A stretch of 64,000 nt of DNA, taken from Dehalococcoidia bacterium (GTDB lineage Bacteria; Chloroflexota; Dehalococcoidia; Bin125). Made by a program: the position numbers and the translations under genes. Under the pieces are notes generated by a model. It was not told the origin of the DNA. It ran no database searches and was given only the letters and a program-made list of their open reading frames with translations. Location of the stretch: positions 480,001-544,000 of the forward strand of contig CAXXRD010000002.1 of assembly GCA_963663895.2 (NCBI GenBank). Reading direction: 5' to 3'. Shown here in pieces: positions 29,931-39,682 of this stretch (position 1 is the first letter of the stretch; every line of letters starts with the position of its first letter).

Positions 29931-31322
29931 TCAGGCGGGACGCCGCCGGTGCCAGTCCGTGGTGAGCTGGAATTGGTGCCCCACGCGGAGCACTTGGGCC
30001 TCGTCCCAAGGACGGCCGGCGATCTGCAGGCCGACCGGGAGTCCCTGATCGTCGAAGCCGCAAGGGACGGTTAGCGCAGGCTGGCCGGTCAAGTTAAAGG
30101 GCCAGGTGCCGCGCAGCGAGGCAGCCATCACCGGCTCACGGAAGCCGTCCGGCGCGACGAACTCCTCCTGCTCGAAGGCGGCGGCAGTGGTAGGAACGGT
30201 GGGCGTGACAAGGACGTCAAGGCGATGCTCGTTGAAGAGGTCGCGCATGTCGGCGCCGATACGTGTGCGATTGCGGCGGGCGTTGATGTAGTCGGTGGCG
30301 AGGACGAGCTCGCCCTGCTTCAGCCAGCCGCGGACATCCGGTTGGTAGTCGTCGGCTTGGCGCCGCAGGCGGGCACCGTGCCAGGCGGAGGCCTCGGCGT
30401 TGAGGCCGGCTCCCGTCTCCTGCGTAAGGTCCAGGCTCAGCGGCATGCGGACTTCAGAGGTGGCGGCGCCGAGCCGCTGGAGGGCGGCGACCGCTTCGTC
30501 GAACGCGGCGGCGATGTCCGGATAGTGCGTCGTGAAATATCCGACGGCGACGCCGACGCGAAGCCCCGCGATCGGGCGGTCGAGCGCGGCGGGGTAGTCG
30601 GGCACGGGCTTGCGCGCGGTCGTCGCGTCCAACTCCGTGTGGCCGGCGAGCGCGTGGAGGACGCAAGCGGCATCTCGAGCAGTCCAGCACATCGGGCCGA
30701 CATGATCCATCGACCAGGTGAGGACGGCGACGCCGTCCTTCGGAACGCGGCCCATCGTCGCTTTCAGGCCGGTGATGCCGCAGAGCGCAGCGGGGATGCG
30801 AATAGAGCCGCCGGTGTCGGTGCCGAGGCCGAATGGGACATGTTCGGCGGCGATGGCGGCAGCGGTGCCACCACTGGAGCCGCCCGGCGTGCGGGCGGTG
30901 GCCGCGTCCCAGGGATTGCGCGTAGGCGGTGAGAGGATGCCGAAGGCGAACTCATGCGTGTTGGTCTTTCCGAGCATGACGGCGCCGGCGGCGCGCAGGC
31001 GCTGCACCACGGTGGCCTCTCGGGAAGGAACGTTGTGCCGCAGAACCTTTGAGGAGGATGTGGTCTCCACGCCGACGGTGTCGATCAGATCCTTGCAAGC
31101 GTAAGGGACGCCGTCCAAGGGGCCGATACGGCGCCCCTCGGCGCGGCGCGCGTCGGCGGCGTCAGCCTCGGCCAGCGCGCGATCGGGAGCAAGCGTCACC
31201 CAAGCCTGCAGCGTCGCATCGGTTTCGCCGATGCGCTCGATCGCTTGCGTCACGATCTCGCGACTGGAGAATTCGCCTGCTTGGAGGCCAGCGGCGAGGC
31301 GCTCCACGGTGAACGAGTCCAT
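29931..31322 (-). CDS. Amidase (GatA-like), array copy 5
   Basis: [24 protein letters not shown]; ATG 31322 after RBS AGGAG. Confidence 0.92.
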   Translation of the reverse strand: MDSFTVERLAAGLQAGEFSSREIVTQAIERIGETDATLQAWVTLAPDRALAEADAADARRAEGRRIGPLDGVPYACKDLIDTVGVETTSSSKVLRHNVPSREATVVQRLRAAGAVMLGKTNTHEFAFGILSPPTRNPWDAATARTPGGSSGGTAAAIAAEHVPFGLGTDTGGSIRIPAALCGITGLKATMGRVPKDGVAVLTWSMDHVGPMCWTARDAACVLHALAGHTELDATTARKPVPDYPAALDRPIAGLRVGVAVGYFTTHYPDIAAAFDEAVAALQRLGAATSEVRMPLSLDLTQETGAGLNAEASAWHGARLRRQADDYQPDVRGWLKQGELVLATDYINARRNRTRIGADMRDLFNEHRLDVLVTPTVPTTAAAFEQEEFVAPDGFREPVMAASLRGTWPFNLTGQPALTVPCGFDDQGLPVGLQIAGRPWDEAQVLRVGHQFQLTTDWHRRRPA

Positions 31323-31363
31323 AGCTGCTCCTAGGTGCTGGGGCGGCGACGACGCGGGGCAGT

Positions 31364-32785
31364 CTAGTCGAGCACTGCCCCAGCGGGGGGACGGCGGTCG
31401 TGCCAGTCCGTGGCCTGTTGGAAGGCGTGGCCGACGCGGAGGATGGCGGTCTCCGCCCAAGGGCGGCCGGCGATCTGCAAGCCGACGGGGAGCGCGTTGG
31501 CGGTGAAGCCGCAAGGCACGGTCAAAACCGGCTGGCCGGTGAGGCTGAACGGGAAAGTGCAGCGGATGGTGCCGAAGACGAGCTCCTCTTCGAAGCCGTC
31601 CGGAGAGTGATAGTGCGTTTCGCCTTGGCGGACCGCGGGAGCGGGCACGGTGGGAGTGATCGTGACATCGAAGTCGTTGTAGAGGCGACGCATGATGGCG
31701 CCATAGCGACGCCGGTAGCGGCGGCCATTGATGTAGTCGGTGGCGAGGATGAAGTCGCCGGGACGGATCAAGCGGACGGTGATGGGCGGGTAGTCGGCCT
31801 CTTGCCTGCGGATGCGGCCCGCATGCCAGGCAGCGGCTTCCGGCATGCGGACGGCGAATCCGGGGACGTGCGGTGCGATGCCGTCGACGGTAGGGGCGGG
31901 GATGTCGCGCACGCTCGCGCCCAGTTGCTCCAGCACGGCGGCGGCGGCGTGGACGGCGTCGGTCACATCGGGGAAGCGGCTGGTGAAGTAGCCGCCCATG
32001 AGGCCGACACGCAAGCCTTGCAGCGGCCGCGGATCGCCCGCCTCCGATAGATCAGCGGTGAAGTCCGTGGGAGGGACACGGGCAGCGCTGGGGTCATCGG
32101 GGGTGTAGCCGGCGATGACGTTGAGGACGAAGCCGGCATCTTCGGCGGTGAGACAGAGGGGGCCAACGGTGTCGAGACTGTAGCCGACGACCGCCGTGCG
32201 GTCTTTGGGGACCCGGCCGAAAGTAGGCCGGAGGCCGGTGACCCCGTTCAGCGCCGCGGGGATGCGGATGGAGCCGCCGGTATCGGTGCCGAGCGCGAAG
32301 GGCACCTGCCGCGCGGCGACGGCAGCGCCAGAGCCGCCGCTGGAGCCGCCGGGGACATGATCCAAGCTCCAAGGGTTGCGCGTCGGCGGGGTGATTACGC
32401 CGTAGGCGAACGGTTGCGTATTGACCTTGCCAAGCATGACGGCCCCGGCGGCGCGCAGACGCGCGACGGTTGTGGCGTCCGTTTGGGGAACGTTGCCAGC
32501 AAGGAGATCCGCCGAGCAGGTGGTCTCGACGCCCTCCGTATCGATGATGTCCTTGACCCCGAACGGCACCCCGTCCAAGGGACCGCGGGCCGCGCCGCGG
32601 GCGCGGCGGGCGTCGGAGGCGGCGGCTTCATGCCGCGCGCGATCGGCGCAGAGACGGCTCCAGGCTTTGATGGCCGCATCGGTTTCGTCGATCCGGCGCA
32701 GGCAACCGTCGGCGATCTCCAGAGCGGAGCATTCACCGGCAGCCAGGGCGCGCGCGATCGCGGCGACGGTGAGCGGAGGAGACAT
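31364..32785 (-). CDS. Amidase (GatA-like), array copy 4
   Basis: [24 protein letters not shown]. Confidence 0.92.
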   Translation of the reverse strand: MSPPLTVAAIARALAAGECSALEIADGCLRRIDETDAAIKAWSRLCADRARHEAAASDARRARGAARGPLDGVPFGVKDIIDTEGVETTCSADLLAGNVPQTDATTVARLRAAGAVMLGKVNTQPFAYGVITPPTRNPWSLDHVPGGSSGGSGAAVAARQVPFALGTDTGGSIRIPAALNGVTGLRPTFGRVPKDRTAVVGYSLDTVGPLCLTAEDAGFVLNVIAGYTPDDPSAARVPPTDFTADLSEAGDPRPLQGLRVGLMGGYFTSRFPDVTDAVHAAAAVLEQLGASVRDIPAPTVDGIAPHVPGFAVRMPEAAAWHAGRIRRQEADYPPITVRLIRPGDFILATDYINGRRYRRRYGAIMRRLYNDFDVTITPTVPAPAVRQGETHYHSPDGFEEELVFGTIRCTFPFSLTGQPVLTVPCGFTANALPVGLQIAGRPWAETAILRVGHAFQQATDWHDRRPPAGAVLD

Positions 32786-32793
32786 CACCGACC

Positions 32794-34218
32794 TCAGGCG
32801 GACCGGGCTGCGGCAGAGTCCACCATCGGCGGCCGGCGCCTGTGCCAGTCGGTCGCATGCTGGAATGCGTGACCAACGCGAAGGACAGTCGCCTCGGCCC
32901 AAGGGCGGCCGGCGATCTGCAAGCCGATGGGCAAACCGGCATCATCGAAACCACAAGGGACTGTGAGCGCGGGCTGACCGGTCATGTTGAAGGGAAAGGC
33001 GCAGCGAACGGAGGCCCAAACGAGATCTTCGACGAGGCCGTCGGCAGAGCGATAGTCCCCCTGGCCCACGGCACCAGCGGTCACGGGAACCGTGGGTGTG
33101 ATCAGGACGTCGATCTGATGGCGCTCGTAGAGGCGCTGCATCTCGAGATTGAAGCGGCTGCGGTAACGCCGGGCGTTGATGTAATCGGTGGCAAGCATGG
33201 CGGCACCGTGTTGAAGGAACGTCGCGACATCCCCGGGATAGTCGTCGCGCTGGCGGGAGAAGCGATTCGCGTGCCAGGCCAGCGGCTCGGAGAAGTGGAT
33301 GGCGAGGCCGGGGACGTGCGGCGTCAGGCCGCCGACGGTGGGGGCAGCGGCGATGGGACACAGCGTCGCGCCCAGCTGCCCAAGCGTGTCCGCAGCCGTC
33401 TCAATGGCGGCGCTGACGGCCGGAAAGTGGCTGGTGAAGTACCCCCCAGGCATGCCGATGCGCAGGCCGCCGATGGGCTGCCCGAGCTCGCGAGTGAAAT
33501 CTTCGCCGGGGCGGCGGGAAGAGGTGGGATCGCGAAGACCGTGGCCGGCGAGCGCGTTGAGGGCGATAGCAGCGTCCTCGGCCGTCCAGCACATGGGACC
33601 AACGTGATCGAGGGACCAACAGAGGACGGCGACACCGTCCTTGGGAACGCGGCCAAAGGTGGGCTTGAGGCCGGTGATGCCGCACAGCGCGGCGGGAGCG
33701 CGGATCGAGCAGCCGGTGTCCGTGCCGAGCGTGAGGGGGACGTGGGTGGCAGCGACGGCGGCGCCAGAGCCCCCGCTGGAGCCGCTAGGGATGTGATCTG
33801 CGTTCCAAGGGTTACGCGTCGGCGGAGAGACGACGCCGTAAGCGAAAGCGTGCGTGTTGACTTTGCCGACGGCGATGGCGCCCGCGGCGCGCAGGCGGGC
33901 GACGGCAGTCGCGTCTTCCGTTGGGACGTTGCCCGCGAGGACATCCGAGGCGCAGGTGGTCTCGACACCTGCGCTATCGATGATGTCCTTGATGCCGAAG
34001 GGGATGCCGTCGAGCGCGCCGAGGCGTCGTCCAGCGGCACGGCGCGCGTCGGAGGCGTCCGCCTCTTCGAGAGCCCGTTCCGGACAAAGCCGCAGCCAGG
34101 CTTGAATCCGATCGTCGGAGCGCGCAATGCGGCGGAAGGTCTCCTCGACGACTTCGCGCGCGGAGAAATCGCCGCGGTCGAGCCCGGTCGCGATCGCGGC
34201 GATGGTCGTCGGGATCAC
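32794..34218 (-). CDS. Amidase (GatA-like), array copy 3
   Basis: GIKDII, PSGSSGG, GTDTGCSIRAP (variant oxyanion loop). Confidence 0.92.
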   Translation of the reverse strand: MIPTTIAAIATGLDRGDFSAREVVEETFRRIARSDDRIQAWLRLCPERALEEADASDARRAAGRRLGALDGIPFGIKDIIDSAGVETTCASDVLAGNVPTEDATAVARLRAAGAIAVGKVNTHAFAYGVVSPPTRNPWNADHIPSGSSGGSGAAVAATHVPLTLGTDTGCSIRAPAALCGITGLKPTFGRVPKDGVAVLCWSLDHVGPMCWTAEDAAIALNALAGHGLRDPTSSRRPGEDFTRELGQPIGGLRIGMPGGYFTSHFPAVSAAIETAADTLGQLGATLCPIAAAPTVGGLTPHVPGLAIHFSEPLAWHANRFSRQRDDYPGDVATFLQHGAAMLATDYINARRYRSRFNLEMQRLYERHQIDVLITPTVPVTAGAVGQGDYRSADGLVEDLVWASVRCAFPFNMTGQPALTVPCGFDDAGLPIGLQIAGRPWAEATVLRVGHAFQHATDWHRRRPPMVDSAAARSA

Positions 34219-34273
34219 GGCGCTTTCGCTCCGCGCTCGCCACTTCGCGGTCCGCGCCGCCGCACCGCCCGCG

Positions 34274-35677
34274 CTAGCCAGCGACCGGCGCCGGATGCCG
34301 CAGATGCCAGTCGGTCACCTGCTGGTAGGCGTAGGCGACCTGGAGGCAAAAGTCGTCTGCCCAGGGCCGGCCGACGATCTGGAGGCCGTAGGGCAGATCG
34401 TTGGCGTCGAAGCCGCTTGGAACGGTGACGGCGGGTTGGCCGGTCATGTTGAACGGCGAGGTGAAGTGGATCGCGGTCGAGAGGACCGCATCGGACCAGC
34501 CATCCGGGGCCGTGTACTCGGCCCAGTCCTGCCCAAAGGCCGTGCCGGGATTGGTGGGAGTGAGGAGCGCCTGGATACCGGTCTGGTCGTACATTTGGCG
34601 CATCTCGTGGTTGAAGCGGCTGCGGAAGCGGCGCGCGTTGATGTAGTCGGTGCCAAGGATGAACTCACCCGGCAGGATCAGCGCGGCGACGTCTGCGGTG
34701 TACTGATCCTTCTGACGGCGGTAGCGGGCCTGGTGGTAGGCAGAGCCCTCCGCCAGCCAGATCGCGAAGGCGGCGGGCTTGACCATTTCAATGGACTCGG
34801 GCACGTCGACGCTGACGATGTCGGCACCCGCGGTGGCGAGCTGGCCGACGGCGGTATCGAAAGCGGCCTGGACGTCGGGGAAGTGCGTCTTGAAGTAGTT
34901 GTTGGCGATGCCGAGCTTGGCGCCTTTGACGCCGGAGCGAAGCTGGGCCATGTAGTCCGGGACGGGGAAGCGGCCGGAATTGGGGTCGCGCTCGGCGTGG
35001 CCGGCGAGGATATTCATGCTGATGGCAACATCCTCAATGTCGTGGCACATCGGGCCGGTGTGGTCGGTCGACCACGAGAGCGCCGCGACGCCGTCCTTGG
35101 GGACGCGGCCGAAGGTGGGCTTGATGCCGGAGAGGCCGCAGAAAGCGGTCGGGATGCGGATCGACCCCCCCGTATCGGTCCCAAGGCCAAACGGGACTTG
35201 GCCGGAGGCGACGGCGGCGCCGGTCCCCCCGCTTGATCCGCCCGGGACGTGCTTGAGATTCCAGGGGTTCGAGGTAGGCGGGGTGGCGGCGCCGTAGGCG
35301 AACTCGTGCGTGTTGGTCTTGCCGACGAGGACCGCCCCGGCGTCGCGGAGGCGGGCGACGGCCGAGCAGTCGCGGTCGGGAATCCGGCCGGTAAGGACTT
35401 CCGAGGAGGAGCGTGTCTCGACGCCCTCCGTGTCGTAGAGATCCTTGGCGCCGTAGGGGATGCCGTCCAACGGTCCGAGCGTCTTCCCTGCCTTGCGCCG
35501 CTCATCGGAAGCGTCGGCCTCGGTGAGGGCGCGATCCGTGGCTACGGCGACCCAGGCTTTGAGAACGCCGTCGGTGGCGGCGATCTCATCGAGCGAGGCT
35601 TGGGTGAGATCGCGGCTGGAGTACTCGCCTTCGGCCAATCCCGCTGCCAATTCGTGGATGGTGCGAAAGTCCGGCAT
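34274..35677 (-). CDS. Amidase (GatA-like), array copy 2
   Basis: [24 protein letters not shown]. Confidence 0.92.
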   Translation of the reverse strand: MPDFRTIHELAAGLAEGEYSSRDLTQASLDEIAATDGVLKAWVAVATDRALTEADASDERRKAGKTLGPLDGIPYGAKDLYDTEGVETRSSSEVLTGRIPDRDCSAVARLRDAGAVLVGKTNTHEFAYGAATPPTSNPWNLKHVPGGSSGGTGAAVASGQVPFGLGTDTGGSIRIPTAFCGLSGIKPTFGRVPKDGVAALSWSTDHTGPMCHDIEDVAISMNILAGHAERDPNSGRFPVPDYMAQLRSGVKGAKLGIANNYFKTHFPDVQAAFDTAVGQLATAGADIVSVDVPESIEMVKPAAFAIWLAEGSAYHQARYRRQKDQYTADVAALILPGEFILGTDYINARRFRSRFNHEMRQMYDQTGIQALLTPTNPGTAFGQDWAEYTAPDGWSDAVLSTAIHFTSPFNMTGQPAVTVPSGFDANDLPYGLQIVGRPWADDFCLQVAYAYQQVTDWHLRHPAPVAG

Positions 35678-35712
35678 GGCCGTGTCTCCGATTTCCTGCT
35701 GTGCTTCCTTTA

Positions 35713-35743
35713 CGGCGCCGGAGCCCTGCTGGCTCCGGCGCCG
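35713..35743. repeat. 13-bp GC-rich inverted repeat between amidase copies 1 and 2
   Basis: CGGCGCCGGAGCC-CTGCT-GGCTCCGGCGCCG. Confidence 0.75.
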
Positions 35744-35767
35744 CGATCGTCATTCCCGCTGCGCGGG

Positions 35768-37192
35768 TCAGGCGCTGACCGTAAGGTCGGGGCGCTTGGC
35801 ATGGAAGTCGGTTTCCTGTTGGAAGGCGTGTCCAACTCGCAGGCAAAGCGCATCCGCCCAGGGCCGGCCGATGATCTGGAGACCGGTGGGCAGGCCTTTC
35901 TCGTCGAAGCCGTTGGGCACGGTGAGCGCCGGCTGGCCCGTGAAATTGAAGGGGAAGGTGCAGCGGATCGAGGCGGACATGAGCGTCTCCTCGAAGCCAT
36001 CAGCAGCCTGGTAATCCATCTGACCGTGCTGGGCGGCGGTGACGGCCAAGGTGGGCGTCACCATCACGTCCAAGCGATTGTCGTTCCAGAGCGATCGCAT
36101 CTCGGCATTGAAGCGCGAGCGATAGCGCTGGGCGTTGATGTAATCGGTGGCGAGCATGATCTCGCCAACCTGAAGGTAGCTGGCGACATCGGGCTGGTAG
36201 TCGCCCTGCTGGCGCCGAAGACGAGGCGCGTGCCAGGCGGCCGACTCCGCGAGGACGATGGCGAACCCGGCGGGTTGCAGCAGCGCTTCGGCGTCTTCCG
36301 GGATCGTGACCGGGACGATCTCCGCACCGGCCCCCCTCAGCGTCGCGACCGAATCGTCGAAGGCCTGCGATACGCCGGAGAAATGGCTGACGAAGTAGTT
36401 CGTGGGCACGCCGATACGGAGGCCCCGGACCCCGCCGTTGAGGTCGGCGGTGTAGTCCTCGGTGGGGGCCTTGCCGCAGGTGGGGTCCCGCTCGTCGTAG
36501 CCGGCGAGGATGTTCAGCGTGATGGCGGCATCTTCGGCGGTCCAGCACATGGGGCCGATGTGGTCGAGCGACCAGGAAAGCATGTAGACGCCGTCCTTGG
36601 GGACGCGGCCGTAGGTGGCCTTGAGGCCGGTGATGCCGTTGAGGCAGGCGGGGATGCGGATGGAGCCGCCGGTGTCGGTGCCGAGACCGAAGGGGGCCTG
36701 GGCCGAGGCGACCGCGGCGCCGGTGCCGCCGCTGGAGCCGCCGGGGACGCGGGCCGTTTCCATGTCCCAGGGGTTGCGGGTAGGTGGACTCTGCACGCCG
36801 TAGGCGAACTGATGGGTGTTGACCTTGCCCAAGAGCACGCCGCCGGCCGCGTCGAGGCGCTCGACCGTCGAGGCCGTGCGGTTGGGAATGTTGCCTTTGA
36901 GCACATTCGACGAGCCCGTGGTCTCGACGCCTTCGACTTCGACGATGTCCTTGGCGACGTAGGGGACGCCGTCGAAGTCGCCGAGAGCGCGGCCGTTGCG
37001 GCGGCGGTCGTCGGAGGCGTCCGCGGCCCTGATCGCGTTCTCGGCAGCGACCACGTTGTAGGCCTTGATGGTGGAATCGACTTGTTCCGTTTGCGCGAGG
37101 CAGAGTTGGGTGATCTCGCGGCTGGAGAACTCGTGCTTGGCGAGGCCTTCCGCGATGGACTTGACGGTGCGGGTCTCAGCGTTGCTAGGCAT
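35768..37192 (-). CDS. Amidase (GatA-like), array copy 1
   Basis: [24 protein letters not shown]; ATG overlaps the end of the upstream small ORF. Confidence 0.92.
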   Translation of the reverse strand: MPSNAETRTVKSIAEGLAKHEFSSREITQLCLAQTEQVDSTIKAYNVVAAENAIRAADASDDRRRNGRALGDFDGVPYVAKDIVEVEGVETTGSSNVLKGNIPNRTASTVERLDAAGGVLLGKVNTHQFAYGVQSPPTRNPWDMETARVPGGSSGGTGAAVASAQAPFGLGTDTGGSIRIPACLNGITGLKATYGRVPKDGVYMLSWSLDHIGPMCWTAEDAAITLNILAGYDERDPTCGKAPTEDYTADLNGGVRGLRIGVPTNYFVSHFSGVSQAFDDSVATLRGAGAEIVPVTIPEDAEALLQPAGFAIVLAESAAWHAPRLRRQQGDYQPDVASYLQVGEIMLATDYINAQRYRSRFNAEMRSLWNDNRLDVMVTPTLAVTAAQHGQMDYQAADGFEETLMSASIRCTFPFNFTGQPALTVPNGFDEKGLPTGLQIIGRPWADALCLRVGHAFQQETDFHAKRPDLTVSA

Positions 37193-37385
37193 TGGGCGCG
37201 TCACCCCAGTCCGGCACGAAGACGTCCGCAGGGGCCCAGTCGTCGAAGTCGTCCGGGCGCATGGTGCGCCAGGCGTCGAGCATGCCTTGCAGGCTTTCGC
37301 GCAGGGTTTCGGCCTCAGCGTCGGTGATCGAGAGATCGGCCACCTCGGCCAAGGCTTTCACGTGGTTTGTGGTGAGCTGTGTCAT
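37185..37385 (-). CDS. Small GatC-like amidase accessory subunit (66 aa)
   Basis: VKALAEVADLSITDAEAETLRESLQGML resembles the GatC N-terminal helices (V..lA.LArL.l.eeE.e.l..qL..il); strong RBS AAGGAGG; overlaps the start of amidase 1. Confidence 0.7.
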   Translation of the reverse strand: MTQLTTNHVKALAEVADLSITDAEAETLRESLQGMLDAWRTMRPDDFDDWAPADVFVPDWGDAPNA

Positions 37386-37515
37386 GTGCCCCTCCTTCTG
37401 CAGCTGCCGCGCTCGGATCCCTCAAGCCGGTTCGATGAGCGGCCCAAGACTAGCGATCCCGCCCCGGATTCGCCAGAGGGGGGAAAGATAGCGAGTCGTG
37501 GAACGGGCGCGATGG

Positions 37516-38541
37516 CTAGTAGTCGTGCTTCCACTCACCCGCGGGCTGGATGGCCTTGGCGGCGGGAAGAACTTGGGTGCCGAACCGTTCGAGCTGCTCG
37601 GCCATCTCCGCGCCGGTGCCGGAGGGGCAGTCGAAGTAGCAGGCGATGAGGCCGAAACCGGCGGCGGCGAAACGTTCGAGATCTTCGAGGATCTGGCCGG
37701 CGGAACCCGCGCAGGTAAAGCGTTTGAGCGGCCTGCTCCAGGGCCGATCGCCGATGTGGACAGTTTGGCAGCAGATCATCCAAAAGTCGGCGAGGTCACG
37801 ACCGAGGCGCTCGGCCTCACGGCGAATCTCGTCCTGATGGGGGGCAAAGCGGTGGAGATCAGGATAGGCGCTCATGAACTCGGGGAAGAAGCCGTCGCAG
37901 AACCGCGCGGCGCGGCGTGCGCCGAGCTTGGCCGTGCTTCCAAAGATGATCGGGGGGTACGGCTTCTGGACCGGTTTGGGGTCCATGGAGATGTTCTCGA
38001 AGTCGTAGAAGCGGCCGTGGAAGGAGACGACGTCGTCCTGCCAGGCGCGCTTGTAGATCTCGATGCACTCTTCGGTCATGGCCCCGCGGTCCTCGTGTGA
38101 AAGGCCGAGGGCGGCGAATTCCTCCGCGAGCCAGCCGGCGCCGACGCCCATGATGAGACGGCCGTTGGAGAGGCGATCAAGGGTGGCGTACTGGCGCGCA
38201 TCGTTGAGGGGACCCCGGTAAGGAGCGATGTTGACGGCAGGGGCGAGCCGGATGCGCTCGGTGACGGCGGCGATCGCGCCCATGGCGACGGCGCCGTCGA
38301 GGATGGTGGGGTGCGCAGGGTAGACGCTGACGTCGAGCTCGGCGGTGCCATCGTAGGGGTACGCGTCGAGGACCGGGGGCGCGATCTTGTCGCCGAACCA
38401 GAGCGAGTGGAAACCCAGCCGCTCGGCCTGCCGCGCGAGATCCAGGATAGGCAGCTCGGAAACCGGCGTGGATTGGACGCGCCAGCCGTGCTCGTCCCGC
38501 TGGCCGAGGCCGTGGGTCGGAGCGAAGAGCGCAAGTTCCAT
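37516..38541 (-). CDS. LLM-class (probably F420-dependent) oxidoreductase, copy 3
   Basis: GFHSLWFGDK, ATLDRLSNGRLIMGVGAGW..EEF, PKPVQKP. Confidence 0.88.
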   Translation of the reverse strand: MELALFAPTHGLGQRDEHGWRVQSTPVSELPILDLARQAERLGFHSLWFGDKIAPPVLDAYPYDGTAELDVSVYPAHPTILDGAVAMGAIAAVTERIRLAPAVNIAPYRGPLNDARQYATLDRLSNGRLIMGVGAGWLAEEFAALGLSHEDRGAMTEECIEIYKRAWQDDVVSFHGRFYDFENISMDPKPVQKPYPPIIFGSTAKLGARRAARFCDGFFPEFMSAYPDLHRFAPHQDEIRREAERLGRDLADFWMICCQTVHIGDRPWSRPLKRFTCAGSAGQILEDLERFAAAGFGLIACYFDCPSGTGAEMAEQLERFGTQVLPAAKAIQPAGEWKHDY

Positions 38542-38578
38542 TGGGCGTTACCGAGTGACGATCCCACTCCCCGTTCGG

Positions 38579-39631
38579 TCAGAGCCGGGGCGTGATCGTC
38601 TCGTAGTCCTTCTTCCACTCGCCGGCGGCCTGGATCCCCTTGGCGGCGGGGAGGATCTCCTCGCCGGCGCGCTCGATCTGCTCTTCGAGCTCGTCGACGG
38701 AGCCGGAGGGGCAATCGAAATGGAGGATCATCAGACCGTAGCCGGCGGCGGCGAAGGCTTGGAGATCTTCGAGAATCTGCTCGGCGGTACCGGAGTTCGT
38801 CCAGCGCGGGCTGCGCCGCGCGTCCTCGTGATCCGGGTCCGTAATGTGGGTGCTCTGGCAGCCGATCATCCAGAAGTCGGAGAGGTCCTTGCCCAGCGCT
38901 TCGGCTTCACGGCGGATGATCTCCTGCTCGCGGGTGTACCGCTGGGGATCGGAATGGGGGTCGAGGAAGATGGGGAAGAACCCGTCGCAGAAGCGCGCGG
39001 CGCGGCGGGCCCCGGCTGGGGAGATGCTGCCGAAGATGATGGGCGGACGGGGCTTCTGCACGGGCTTGGGGTCCATCGAGAGGTTCTCGAAGCGGTAGTG
39101 CTTGCCCTGGAAGCCGACGACGTCGTTCATCCAGGAGCGCTTGTAGATCTCGATGCACTCCTCGGTGGCCTCGCCGCGCGCGTCATGGTCCAAGCCGAGG
39201 GCGTCGAACTCTTCCTTGGCCCAGCCGGCGCCGACGCCCAGGATGAGGCGGCCGTTGGAGAGCACGTCGACCGTGGCGAACTGGCGGGCGTCGTTGAGGG
39301 GGCCGCGGTAGGGCGCAATGAGCACCGAGGGCGACATCTTGATGCGCTCCGTGGCGGCGGCGATGGCGCCCATGACGACGGCGCCGTCCATCATGGTGGG
39401 ACGGGGCGGATAGGCGCGGGTCCGGCTCTCGGGATTGGCCACGTGGCCACTCTCGGAGGTGAGGGGGAGCGTGACGTGGTCGGAGAACCAGAGCGAGTGA
39501 AACCCGTGGCGCTCGGCGCGCTGGGCGATCTGGACCGGGTGGAGCTCGGTGGCGGGGGTGGGCTGCAGGAACCAGTCGTGGTCGTCGCGGCGGCCAAGAC
39601 CATGGGTGTTCATGAACAGGGCGATTTCCAT
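38579..39631 (-). CDS. LLM-class (probably F420-dependent, Rv2161c-like) oxidoreductase, copy 2
   Basis: GFHSLWFSDH, ATVDVLSNGRLILGVGAGW..EEF, PKPVQKPRPPI. Confidence 0.88.
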   Translation of the reverse strand: MEIALFMNTHGLGRRDDHDWFLQPTPATELHPVQIAQRAERHGFHSLWFSDHVTLPLTSESGHVANPESRTRAYPPRPTMMDGAVVMGAIAAATERIKMSPSVLIAPYRGPLNDARQFATVDVLSNGRLILGVGAGWAKEEFDALGLDHDARGEATEECIEIYKRSWMNDVVGFQGKHYRFENLSMDPKPVQKPRPPIIFGSISPAGARRAARFCDGFFPIFLDPHSDPQRYTREQEIIRREAEALGKDLSDFWMIGCQSTHITDPDHEDARRSPRWTNSGTAEQILEDLQAFAAAGYGLMILHFDCPSGSVDELEEQIERAGEEILPAAKGIQAAGEWKKDYETITPRL

Positions 39632-39682
39632 CGGGATCGTGGTCCTCTCCGTGGGCCGGCGGGTACTGCCCGCGCGGCTCGC

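Noticed and set aside
29931-37385. gatCA of the Glu/Asp-tRNA amidotransferase
   Set aside because: No gatB in the window, five divergent copies, and a catabolic neighbourhood; better explained as catabolic amidases with a GatC-like partner
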